This document shows, one piece after another, positions 1 through 11,300 of a stretch of 64,000 bases of DNA. Positions within the stretch are counted from its first letter, which is position 1; every line of letters begins with the position of its first letter. This DNA comes from Eledone cirrhosa (Eukaryota). The stretch covers positions 83,142,001-83,206,000 of the forward strand of contig OZ024745.1 in assembly GCA_964016885.1 (NCBI GenBank). The letters run 5' to 3'. Below the pieces are notes generated by a model. It saw only the letters and a list, made by a program, of their open reading frames with translations, made no database searches and was not told the origin of the DNA. A program made the translations under genes and the position numbers.

Positions 1-3000
1 GTTTAGATATTATTCTAATTTCTATGTTGTCTATGTTACCGTCATGATGTTGTCTAGCATGTTCGTATAGTACTGACCCGTTTTTTCGTCCTTTTAGTTC
101 CCCCCAGTGTTGGTCTATCCTTTCACCTATGCTACGAGCTGTCTCACCTATGTATGTTGTTGTCGTGTTTCTGCAAGTACCCTCTGTACATCTTATGCTA
201 TAGACTACGTTTCTAGTTTTACAGTTTATCCGGGGGTTCACCTTACATATGATACATTTCCTATTGGTACAGTGGGTTTTCTTAAAAGGGTAGGTTTTGC
301 TGATCAGGGATTTTATGGTGGTTCCTGGCTTTTCTACCACCTTTATTTTTAAGTGGGTCTTTCTCAGGGCCTTTCTACACTGGTTAGCTAATTTCCCTCC
401 AGGGGTGGCGTCCACAAACATGACACTCTGATATCTCTGGTTGTCGTACCATGATGTGGCCTTCCCTATCTTATGTCTAGCCCTATCTAAGCTATTCCAT
501 GATTTGCTCCTGTATAGTGGGCAAATTCCTTTCATGTCCAGTTCTATGAGGGTCTTATACTTTTCCATGGCTCCTTCGTATACTCTGACTCTGTCTCTTT
601 GGTTGTAGCCAGAGAACTGCATGCGGTTGATGAAGTGTTGGATGTGTCCTTCCATTTCTGTTGGGTCGCACATGCTGGACACATTCTTCATCACTCGTAC
701 CAAATCTGCGATCAGAATATTAAACTTAGCACTACTGGACATTGCTGAGTTTTTGAGTATCAGGTATTTGGAGGCCATGGGTTTAGCATAGTGTGAGTGG
801 AGAATTTGGGCTCTCTCGTCTATAGTGTTAATCCAGAGTTCTGTGTCTAATACAGGTAGTCTATTGTTAGGGTGTTTGGAAGGGAAGTCTATAGTTACAG
901 TTATACTCTGGTGTATGGAATTAGCTATCTGCTGGATGCTTTCCATCGTGCTACGTTCTAAATCAAACTTGTTAGTGCTCTCTAGTGGGGGTGTTCTTAT
1001 AACTATATTGATATCGTCTACATAACGAGAGTACATGATGAGGTCTATGGAGCTTTCATTAAGGAGATCTTTAAGTCTCCTTTCCCACCATACCATGAAA
1101 AGGTTGGCAACATCGCCAGCTATGCTGACGCCGATGGCTGCTCCCTCATTTTGGGTGTAGATTTTCTCATTGAACTTAAATATGTGGCCCTTTAGGGTAG
1201 TTTTGATACTAGCCCCTATTGCATGTGCGACCATTTTTCTTACCTGATCAGTGTTTTGGGGGGTCCGTATAGCTTTGGTCCACCCAATCCACCTTCCTAT
1301 GGGAGTCTTTTTAGCCATTGAGGTTATGGTGGGGGGTCTACCTCTTATAGGTCTACTAGGGCAGAAACATCTAAGGTCATGGCTGTCTAGGTAGTCAGTG
1401 TCGTAGGTAAGTCTAAGTAGGAGGCCCAGTTCGTCTGTGTCGACGTCGCAGAACTCCACCTCACTCTCAATGATCATCTCCACACATCTTTTCACAGCAA
1501 AATCAATGTTAATGGATGGGTACAGTGACACCACATCCATGCTGCCTATTATGCAGTTGGATAGGCTCCTGTTTTTGTTGCACTCACTGATTCTGCTGAG
1601 AAGGTCCTCTGTACTTTCACATACATCTGGGGACATCTTGATTATGGGGCGTATAACCATTGAGAGGAAGTAGGAGATCCTGTAGTTGCTAGCTATATTA
1701 GCTCCGCATACAGGTCTTGTTGGTGGTCCTGTTGTCGGGTCGTCGACTGTCTTGTGGTCTTTGCGGAGCCCATACAAGGGTGGTATGCCATTGTTAGACG
1801 CCTGGAAGTTGTTGGCAGTGCGTCTGCTTGGCTTTAGGATGTCAGTCCACATCATCATGTGAGCGTTGAGGATTTTTTCTCTCCCATCGTGTGTTAGTTG
1901 TGTTAGTTGTGCAACTTCGCTCGTGTTGGTGATGTGGGGTTGCATTGCCTCGATGTAGTTCGGCATGCTATCTATTGACATCCTACCAGACTTATCTGTG
2001 GGTAGACACACTACCTCACCATCCCTTGTGCGCTGCTTGAGGCTAACCAAGCCTTCTACAGGTTTTATCCCAAGTTGTTGGGCCTCTGGTCTGCTCTGTC
2101 TCATAGTGTACCTGTCTACTACTTGTCTAATCTTATTTCTAGCTATGGTGAACTGTGCCTCCGTCTCGTCATCTATTTGTTGTGGTATGCAAACTCTTTT
2201 ATTAAAGGGTAACCTCGTAGGATAGATATTACCCATCTTATATGTTTTGTCAGCTGGGTTGAAAAATAGTTTCTCTAAGGGGTTGTCGTTATTTCTATCG
2301 TCATAGTTGTGTGTGTTGCTATTATTATTATCATGGTGGTTGTTGTTGTTTCTATCATTAGCATTAATATTATTATTGTTATGATTGCTAGATGTATTGT
2401 TGTTTACTTCACCGTTATTGTTGTTGTTGTTACTGCTATTTCTACCATTGTGGTTGTTACTATTATTATGTTTCTTGTTTTTGTTGATGTTGCTACATGT
2501 ACTATTTCCATTATTACCACTGTGGTTATTGTTGTTGTTGTTGTTCGTATTGTTACCGTTATTACTACTGTGGTCACTGTTGCTGTGTCTGTGGTTAACG
2601 TTTCTATTATTATTATTATTGTGGTTGTTGTTGTTCTGTCTATCGCTAGTATTATTACCATTATCACTATTTCTCACTTTCCTGCCATTGTTATGGTTAT
2701 GGCTGTTATTTCTATACCCAGAGTTATTGTTTATATTACTACTACCGTTATTATTGTTGTTGTTGTTTACCTTTGCATTCCAACGTATTTTTGTGAAACA
2801 CTTTTCCAGTTCCGTTTTGCATTCCATAGGGTTAATCTTTTTGTAGATGGCAAATTTTGGTGGTAACTTTAGGATTTGTTGTTCTTGTTCACTGATTAAA
2901 GTGTTCCCATAGATATTTACTGTGTGGTCATTGGTAAATTCTTCCGGTAGTTTTACATCACTCATACGGATGTTGTCGATGTTATCTGGGTATTTTTGAG

Positions 3001-3508
3001 AATATTCGATTTTCCTTTCTTGTAGTTTTTTCTTATTCATCCATTCTAATTTCTTCTTGAAATGCCTACAGCATTCGTTTTGAGCATATTTCGTTTCGCG
3101 TCGGATGACGCTCATGAAGTCATCTCTCTCGTTTGCTGTGATGAGATTTCGGATTTCCTTACCGTTGATGCGTTTTTGTCTGTAGAGTGCGTTGACTTTT
3201 GTGTATGTTGTTCTTTTCATATTAACTGTTATTGTGTGTTTTAGCCGTTCAGCTTGTGTTTTGTTCAATAATAAATTATTTACTTGTTTTGATATGTTTG
3301 TTGTGTATGTTTTGGAGGAAACACAGTGTTTTAAGAAGCGGATTTGTTCTGTTGTTATTGTAGTTTTTATATAACAGAAAACAGTGTCTTTCAATAACCT
3401 TTCAGCTTGGCACAAGCTAATGCCATAGCGGCGATGAATTAGTTTTGCGAGGTTTTTTATATGAAATCGTGTGTCGAAACAGATATTGTTATATTTGGGG
3501 AGGGTCAT
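1..3508 (-). CDS. Penelope-like element ORF (N-terminal domain, Asn-rich tract, RT, Cys linker, GIY-YIG endonuclease); runs off the left edge
   Basis: ATG at 3508 ([29 protein letters not shown]...) is in frame with the mirror image of ORF 4034..6250. No terminated ORF in this frame appears in the track, consistent with an open frame to the edge. Predicted ~1210 aa if it ends like the + copy. Confidence 0.85.
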   Translation of the reverse strand, partial: MTLPKYNNICFDTRFHIKNLAKLIHRRYGISLCQAERLLKDTVFCYIKTTITTEQIRFLKHCVSSKTYTTNISKQVNNLLLNKTQAERLKHTITVNMKRTTYTKVNALYRQKRINGKEIRNLITANERDDFMSVIRRETKYAQNECCRHFKKKLEWMNKKKLQERKIEYSQKYPDNIDNIRMSDVKLPEEFTNDHTVNIYGNTLISEQEQQILKLPPKFAIYKKINPMECKTELEKCFTKIRWNAKVNNNNNNNGSSNINNNSGYRNNSHNHNNGRKVRNSDNGNNTSDRQNNNNHNNNNNRNVNHRHSNSDHSSNNGNNTNNNNNNNHSGNNGNSTCSNINKNKKHNNSNNHNGRNSSNNNNNNGEVNNNTSSNHNNNNINANDRNNNNHHDNNNSNTHNYDDRNNDNPLEKLFFNPADKTYKMGNIYPTRLPFNKRVCIPQQIDDETEAQFTIARNKIRQVVDRYTMRQSRPEAQQLGIKPVEGLVSLKQRTRDGEVVCLPTDKSGRMSIDSMPNYIEAMQPHITNTSEVAQLTQLTHDGREKILNAHMMMWTDILKPSRRTANNFQASNNGIPPLYGLRKDHKTVDDPTTGPPTRPVCGANIASNYRISYFLSMVIRPIIKMSPDVCESTEDLLSRISECNKNRSLSNCIIGSMDVVSLYPSINIDFAVKRCVEMIIESEVEFCDVDTDELGLLLRLTYDTDYLDSHDLRCFCPSRPIRGRPPTITSMAKKTPIGRWIGWTKAIRTPQNTDQVRKMVAHAIGASIKTTLKGHIFKFNEKIYTQNEGAAIGVSIAGDVANLFMVWWERRLKDLLNESSIDLIMYSRYVDDINIVIRTPPLESTNKFDLERSTMESIQQIANSIHQSITVTIDFPSKHPNNRLPVLDTELWINTIDERAQILHSHYAKPMASKYLILKNSAMSSSAKFNILIADLVRVMKNVSSMCDPTEMEGHIQHFINRMQFSGYNQRDRVRVYEGAMEKYKTLIELDMKGICPLYRSKSWNSLDRARHKIGKATSWYDNQRYQSVMFVDATPGGKLANQCRKALRKTHLKIKVVEKPGTTIKSLISKTYPFKKTHCTNRKCIICKVNPRINCKTRNVVYSIRCTEGTCRNTTTTYIGETARSIGERIDQHWGELKGRKNGSVLYEHARQHHDGNIDNIEIRIISK

Positions 3509-4074
3509 ATTTGCGTAATATTGCCAGAATTAATAACAGAACACACTCACTGTTTGGTTGGTTTTCGCTTCTCGCTGTCTTTTATATATATATATCTGCG
3601 ATCTAACTTACTCGGTCCTCAATGTTGCCATTGACTGACCGGCGGTCAAAAATAATACAGATACAATATAGACAAACACATATATATATAGTTTACATAA
3701 ATCTTTCGTTGCACATCTGCAACATCGTCAGTGGTGTTATATTCATTGTTCCTCCTGTTGTGTTGTATGTCTACGCCATTTTTTTTTTTTGTTCAGTCTG
3801 TCTATATATTTATTTATTTATTTGCTTGTTTGTTTATCTTATTTTATTTTGTCTTCTTTGCGCATGCGTTTGCGTGTGTGTATAGTGTTATGTGTGATGT
3901 GTGACTAGTGTGTATAGTGTTGTGTCTGCTGGGTGACTAGTGTGTGTTTATGTGCTTGTGTATGTATTTATTTATCTTATTTTATTTAATTTAATTTACT
4001 TATTTATTTATACTTCTCTTAGGTCAGTGTTGTTTGTTTGGGTGTTGTTGTTGTTCCACTCATTCTTTCTGTTT
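3488..4074 (-). repeat. PLE pseudo-LTR (upstream of the minus-strand copy)
   Basis: Reverse complement of 6184-6770; contains ORF C-terminus, 3' UTR, HHR motif and the ORF start. Confidence 0.9.
3686..3741 (-). ncRNA. Minimal hammerhead ribozyme motif in pLTR
   Basis: CUGACGA-U-GUUGCA(GAUG)UGCAAC-GAAA-GAUU-UA; stem I short and bulged. Confidence 0.7.
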
Positions 4075-4075
4075 G

Positions 4076-6250
4076 TTGGTTAGCCTCAAGCAGCGCACAA
4101 GGGATGGTGAGGTAGTGTGTCTACCCACAGATAAGTCTGGTAGGATGTCAATAGATAGCATGCCGAACTACATCGAGGCAATGCAACCCCACATCACCAA
4201 CACGAGCGAAGTTGCACAACTAACACACGATGGGAGAGAAAAAATCCTCAACGCTCACATGATGATGTGGACTGACATCCTAAAGCCAAGCAGACGCACT
4301 GCCAACAACTTCCAGGCGTCTAACAATGGCATACCACCCTTGTATGGGCTCCGCAAAGACCACAAGACAGTCGACGACCCGACAACAGGACCACCAACAA
4401 GACCTGTATGCGGAGCTAATATAGCTAGCAACTACAGGATCTCCTACTTCCTCTCAATGGTTATACGCCCCATAATCAAGATGTCCCCAGATGTATGTGA
4501 AAGTACAGAGGACCTTCTCAGCAGAATCAGTGAGTGCAACAAAAACAGGAGCCTATCCAACTGCATAATAGGCAGCATGGATGTGGTGTCACTGTACCCA
4601 TCCATTAACATTGATTTTGCTGTGAAAAGATGTGTGGAGATGATCATTGAGAGTGAGGTGGAGTTCTGCGACGTCGACACAGACGAACTGGGCCTCCTAC
4701 TTAGACTTACCTACGACACTGACTACCTAGACAGCCATGACCTTAGATGTTTCTGCCCTAGTAGACCTATAAGAGGTAGACCCCCCACCATAACCTCAAT
4801 GGCTAAAAAGACTCCCATAGGAAGGTGGATTGGGTGGACCAAAGCTATACGGACCCCCCAAAACACTGATCAGGTAAGAAAAATGGTCGCACATGCAATA
4901 GGGGCTAGTATCAAAACTACCCTAAAGGGCCACATATTTAAGTTCAATGAGAAAATCTACACCCAAAATGAGGGAGCAGCCATCGGCGTCAGCATAGCTG
5001 GCGATGTTGCCAACCTTTTCATGGTATGGTGGGAAAGGAGACTTAAAGATCTCCTTAATGAAAGCTCCATAGACCTCATCATGTACTCTCGTTATGTAGA
5101 CGATATCAATATAGTTATAAGAACACCCCCACTAGAGAGCACTAACAAGTTTGATTTAGAACGTAGCACGATGGAAAGCATCCAGCAGATAGCTAATTCC
5201 ATACACCAGAGTATAACTGTAACTATAGACTTCCCTTCCAAACACCCTAACAATAGACTACCTGTATTAGACACAGAACTCTGGATTAACACTATAGACG
5301 AGAGAGCCCAAATTCTCCACTCACACTATGCTAAACCCATGGCCTCCAAATACCTGATACTCAAAAACTCAGCAATGTCCAGTAGTGCTAAGTTTAATAT
5401 TCTGATCGCAGATTTGGTACGAGTGATGAAGAATGTGTCCAGCATGTGCGACCCAACAGAAATGGAAGGACACATCCAACACTTCATCAACCGCATGCAG
5501 TTCTCTGGCTACAACCAAAGAGACAGAGTCAGAGTATACGAAGGAGCCATGGAAAAGTATAAGACCCTCATAGAACTGGACATGAAAGGAATTTGCCCAC
5601 TATACAGGAGCAAATCATGGAATAGCTTAGATAGGGCTAGACATAAGATAGGGAAGGCCACATCATGGTACGACAACCAGAGATATCAGAGTGTCATGTT
5701 TGTGGACGCCACCCCTGGAGGGAAATTAGCTAACCAGTGTAGAAAGGCCCTGAGAAAGACCCACTTAAAAATAAAGGTGGTAGAAAAGCCAGGAACCACC
5801 ATAAAATCCCTGATCAGCAAAACCTACCCTTTTAAGAAAACCCACTGTACCAATAGGAAATGTATCATATGTAAGGTGAACCCCCGGATAAACTGTAAAA
5901 CTAGAAACGTAGTCTATAGCATAAGATGTACAGAGGGTACTTGCAGAAACACGACAACAACATACATAGGTGAGACAGCTCGTAGCATAGGTGAAAGGAT
6001 AGACCAACACTGGGGGGAACTAAAAGGACGAAAAAACGGGTCAGTACTATACGAACATGCTAGACAACATCATGACGGTAACATAGACAACATAGAAATT
6101 AGAATAATATCTAAACATAGGAATGACCCAGCAGATAGGCAAATCAGAGAGGCCAGTGAAATAGAAATTAGAAGACCAAAGCTAAACAGAAAGAATGAGT
6201 GGAACAACAACAACACCCAAACAAACAACACTGACCTAAGAGAAGTATAA
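4076..6250 (+). CDS. 5'-truncated PLE ORF (RT + GIY-YIG), Neptune-like
   Basis: Motifs [43 protein letters not shown] linker, NVVYSIRC...YIGETAR...RI..H. The first residues of track ORF 4034 come from the inverted pLTR. Confidence 0.93.
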   Translation: MVSLKQRTRDGEVVCLPTDKSGRMSIDSMPNYIEAMQPHITNTSEVAQLTHDGREKILNAHMMMWTDILKPSRRTANNFQASNNGIPPLYGLRKDHKTVDDPTTGPPTRPVCGANIASNYRISYFLSMVIRPIIKMSPDVCESTEDLLSRISECNKNRSLSNCIIGSMDVVSLYPSINIDFAVKRCVEMIIESEVEFCDVDTDELGLLLRLTYDTDYLDSHDLRCFCPSRPIRGRPPTITSMAKKTPIGRWIGWTKAIRTPQNTDQVRKMVAHAIGASIKTTLKGHIFKFNEKIYTQNEGAAIGVSIAGDVANLFMVWWERRLKDLLNESSIDLIMYSRYVDDINIVIRTPPLESTNKFDLERSTMESIQQIANSIHQSITVTIDFPSKHPNNRLPVLDTELWINTIDERAQILHSHYAKPMASKYLILKNSAMSSSAKFNILIADLVRVMKNVSSMCDPTEMEGHIQHFINRMQFSGYNQRDRVRVYEGAMEKYKTLIELDMKGICPLYRSKSWNSLDRARHKIGKATSWYDNQRYQSVMFVDATPGGKLANQCRKALRKTHLKIKVVEKPGTTIKSLISKTYPFKKTHCTNRKCIICKVNPRINCKTRNVVYSIRCTEGTCRNTTTTYIGETARSIGERIDQHWGELKGRKNGSVLYEHARQHHDGNIDNIEIRIISKHRNDPADRQIREASEIEIRRPKLNRKNEWNNNNTQTNNTDLREV

Positions 6251-6516
6251 ATAAATAAGTAAATTAAATTAAATAAAATAAGATAAATAAATACATACAC
6301 AAGCACATAAACACACACTAGTCACCCAGCAGACACAACACTATACACACTAGTCACACATCACACATAACACTATACACACACGCAAACGCATGCGCAA
6401 AGAAGACAAAATAAAATAAGATAAACAAACAAGCAAATAAATAAATAAATATATAGACAGACTGAACAAAAAAAAAAAATGGCGTAGACATACAACACAA
6501 CAGGAGGAACAATGAA

Positions 6517-6572
6517 TATAACACCACTGACGATGTTGCAGATGTGCAACGAAAGATTTATGTAAACTATAT
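6517..6572 (+). ncRNA. Minimal hammerhead ribozyme motif in pLTR
   Basis: CTGACGA at 6527, stem II GTTGCA/TGCAAC, GAAA at 6551. Confidence 0.7.
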
Positions 6573-6782
6573 ATATATGTGTTTGTCTATATTGTATCTG
6601 TATTATTTTTGACCGCCGGTCAGTCAATGGCAACATTGAGGACCGAGTAAGTTAGATCGCAGATATATATATATAAAAGACAGCGAGAAGCGAAAACCAA
6701 CCAAACAGTGAGTGTGTTCTGTTATTAATTCTGGCAATATTACGCAAATATGACCCTCCCCAAATATAACTATATATAAATA

Positions 6783-6826
<44 letters not shown>

Positions 6827-6884
6827 TATATATATGTATACATATATATATATATATAAACATATATATATATATATATATATA

Positions 6885-6948
<64 letters not shown>

Positions 6949-7213
6949 TATATATATATGCATATATATATGTATACATATATATATATATATACATAAA
7001 TATAAGAATGTATACGTACATACATATATGTATACAGACGTACAGTAGTATGTATATATATATATATACAAACATGCACACATATATATATGTACGTATG
7101 GATTCACCGAACATTTATTATAATGCTCGGTGTGTTTCTCATCAAACATCCCGAATTAAGCCGTACATTGTCTCGCAACCATCGTTGCTCATTTGTTCAA
7201 CACTGACAAAGGA

Positions 7214-7256
7214 ACGCTGTACTAGTTTCAAGCTTATTAGCTATCGTCAGCAACGT
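7214..7256 (-). ncRNA. Type I hammerhead ribozyme, intact core
   Basis: ACGUUG-CUGACGA-UAGCU(AAUA)AGCUU-GAAA-CUAG-UA-CAGCGU; palindromic stem III ACUAGU; GUA site. Confidence 0.85.
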
Positions 7257-7648
7257 ATACCTTCCTGCCAGATGATTGAACATGTGAAAGTATATACTTT
7301 CCTTATACACATTAACTGCTGAAAAGCCTAATTTGCATATCGAGTGAGTTAATCAGCCGAGGTACCGAAAATGTTAAACTGAAAAAATGAAACGAAATTT
7401 CATTTCTCACTCTTTGTACGGCTGTTTCTTAAATATAAGTATGTATACGTACATACACATATGTATACATACGTACAGTACTATGTATATATATATATAT
7501 ATATATACATGCACACATATATCTATGTACGTATGGATTCACCGAACATTCATTATAATGCTCGGTGTGTTTGTAAATAAACGTCCAGAATTAAGCCGTA
7601 CAGTATCTAGCAACCATCGTTGCTCATTTGTTCAACACTGACAAAGAA

Positions 7649-7691
7649 ACGCTGTACTAGTTTCAAGTTTATTAGCTATTGTCAGCAACGT
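7649..7691 (-). ncRNA. Hammerhead ribozyme, mutated core (CUGACAA)
   Basis: Same fold as 7214-7256 with G8A and a stem II mismatch. Confidence 0.7.
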
Positions 7692-7900
7692 ATACCTTCC
7701 TGCCAGATGATTGAACGTCTGAAAGTATACACTTTCTGTACGTCTGTAATATACAACTGTACGTCTGTATCCCTATATATATGTACGTATACATACTTAT
7801 ATTTAAGTAACAGCCGTACTAAGAGTGAGAAATAAAATTTCGTTTCATTATTTTCCGTTCACATATATATATATATATACATATATATTTATATATTTAT

Positions 7901-7995
<95 letters not shown>

Positions 7996-7999
7996 TATG

Positions 8000-8058
<59 letters not shown>

Positions 8059-8139
8059 CTCTCTAGCCCACTAAACATTAACACTTCGAATATTTAATAC
8101 AGCCGGCACTTGTATCGAGCACCTTTGGCATACTCTATT

Positions 8140-8566
8140 GTATCTAGATAATCATTACTAAAGGTAAGTTTAAGTAGGAGTTCCAGCTCACTGGTATCAA
8201 TCCCACGGAATTCAACATTGCTCTCACTGATCATTTCTACGCATTTCTCCACAGCAAAATCCACGTCAATAGATGGATACAGGGACACAACATCCATACT
8301 ACCTATTATGCAGTTTGTTAGGTCCGTAGATGGGTTACTCTCGCCGATTCTGCTGAGGAGTTCCTCCGTGCTGTCACATATATCTGGGAACATTTCAATG
8401 ATTGAGCGTATGATCAGGGAGAGGAAGTAGGAAAGTCTGTAGTTACTAGCAATGTTAGCTCCACAGACTGGCCGTGTTGGTGGTCCTGTGACAAGGTCAC
8501 TGCTCGCTTTATAGTATTTTCGAAGCCCATACAACGCCGGCACGTCATTGTTCCGGGCCTGGAAGA
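8140..8566 (-). pseudogene. Diverged PLE RT fragment (related subfamily)
   Basis: VPALYGLRK...[17 protein letters not shown]...[10 protein letters not shown] aligns to the 4076 ORF. Confidence 0.88.
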
Positions 8567-8605
8567 TACATATATATATAAATATATATACATATATATA
8601 TATAA

Positions 8606-8695
<90 letters not shown>

Positions 8696-8770
8696 ATGTA
8701 TGAATGAAGTAATTCCGTCGGAAAGGGCCAGGAAAAAAGAGTGCTCTATGTAGGTTACAGAGCTTAATAA

Positions 8771-9058
8771 TTATGTAATAAACAACATAAGGCAATTATT
8801 TCATTTACCAGAAATTTTTTAAAAGCAAACAAATTTTGCTTTCAATTATCAGAATGAAAAAATCCTGGTGTATTTATTGACATTGGATTTTAAAAACAAA
8901 AATATAATCTATATGAAAATGAGGCTGGAAAAGGAAGAAAGAAAGGAAAAATAAACACACATGCACACACATGCACACACATAAACACACACACACACAC
9001 ACACACACAATTACATACACACACATATATACATACACATATATATACACACACACAT

Positions 9059-9107
<49 letters not shown>

Positions 9108-9195
9108 CACATATATATTCACATACATACAAACATATATATCAACATATCCATATATACACATACACACAAAAACACAAACACACACACACACA

Positions 9196-9241
<46 letters not shown>

Positions 9242-9425
9242 ATCATACATATATACACACGTAAATACACACACATGCATACACACATATATATACGCAT
9301 ACATACGCATGCACAGATATAGATATATGTACACACACCTATATACGCACATACACATACATACGTAAAAATAAATACATACACAAACACATACATATAC
9401 ATATACATTTACACATAGACACACT

Positions 9426-9522
<97 letters not shown>

Positions 9523-9701
9523 TATATGCAATACATATACACAAACTCATACATACAAATACATATACACACATATGTATGTGTGTAAAATTCATTCTTA
9601 GATGTATTCATAGGAACTTTGTTTAACTCTTAAATATATATATATATATATACATACATATATATATATACATACACACACATATACGTACACATACACA
9701 T

Positions 9702-9734
<33 letters not shown>

Positions 9735-10624
9735 AGAAAATACATAAATATTATATATATATAAAAATAAAAAGTTAGGAATACGACAAATAATAAATAA
9801 ATAAATAATTAGAAAAGGGTACAAATGTTTATAGCTGATTTAGAGCACTCAACAAATTACTGGAGCAAATGATCAATGAAAATAAGCATTAAATCACTGT
9901 ATATAATTATGCATATACATACACACACACATATACATATATATATATATATATATACACACACAACCATACAAATACACACACATATACATACACATAC
10001 ATATATATACGCATATATATACACATATAGGAAAAAGTATGACCCCACGGCAGAGCTCAAGCCGTTTCTGAGGCTATTATATATATACATACAAAAACAA
10101 ATATATAAAAATACACACACACAAATAAACATGCGTATGTATGCGTCTATATATGTGTGTATGTATGTGTGTGTATGTACGTGTGTATATATGTATGATT
10201 GTGTGTAAATATATATATATATATATATATGCATGTGTGTGAGTGCGTGTTTGTGTTTTTGTGTGTATGTGTATGTGTGGATATGTTGATATATATGTGT
10301 GTATGTATATATGTGTATATGTATGTGAATGTATATATATATATACATATATATGTGTGTGTGTGTGTGTATGTGTGTGTATATATATGTGTATGTATAT
10401 ATGTGTGTATGTAATAGTGTGTGTGTGTGCATGTGTGTTTATTTTTTCTTTCCTTCTTCCTTTTCCAGCCTCATTTTCATGTAGACTATATTTTTGCCTT
10501 TTAAAATCCAATCTCAATAAATACACCAGGATTTTTTCATTCTGATGATTGAAAGCTAAATTTGTTTGCTTTTAAGAAACCACTGGTAAATTAAATAATT
10601 GCCTTATGTTGTTTATTACATAAC
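8771..10624. repeat. Diverged long inverted repeat (foldback-like), arms ~8771-9310 and ~10130-10624
   Basis: Unique ~190 bp (ttatgtaataaacaacataaggc...ggctggaaaagg) and the adjacent CA/TA microsatellite mosaic are mirrored. Confidence 0.75.
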
Positions 10625-10716
<92 letters not shown>

Positions 10717-10811
10717 TATACATATACATATATATAAATAAAAAAAAATATATATATATATATATACACATATATAAATATATATATATATATACACATA
10801 TATATATATAA

Positions 10812-10852
<41 letters not shown>

Positions 10853-10861
10853 TATATATAT

Positions 10862-10903
<42 letters not shown>

Positions 10904-11059
10904 TGTTTCAGAAGATCCCGTTAGGGTGAAAGCAGCGATTCTTTGCTTAAACTTTAATCTGTTATTTTAATAAATATTTGCTCTTCGGTTCTCATATATT
11001 TGATATATATTTTCCTTATCGAGCCCTCTTTGGATTTTAGTCTTCAATTTTATTATTAT

Positions 11060-11203
<144 letters not shown>

Positions 11204-11230
11204 ATTATATTACTATATATATATATATAT

Positions 11231-11295
<65 letters not shown>

Positions 11296-11300
<5 letters not shown>

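Larger units (their letters stand above)
4076..6770 (+). mobile_element. Penelope-like retroelement, 5'-truncated, with 3' pLTR ending in (TA)n
   Basis: RT+GIY-YIG ORF followed by pLTR 6184-6770. Confidence 0.92.
6997..7862 (-). mobile_element. Non-coding HHR tandem element (family RZ-A): ~1.7 units of ~435 bp plus inverted terminal piece
   Basis: Direct repeat 6997-7430 / 7430-7735; 7736-7862 is the reverse complement of the unit junction; flanked by (TA)n. Confidence 0.85.

Noticed and set aside
2309-2866. Hydrophobic poly-V/I/L ORFs resembling membrane proteins
   Set aside because: Antisense reading of the Asn-rich tract of the PLE ORF.
6627-6715. Upstream ATG with GTAAGT donor in the pLTR (possible PLE intron)
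   Set aside because: No convincing acceptor; the most plausible AG gives a frame different from the main ORF, which has its own ATG.
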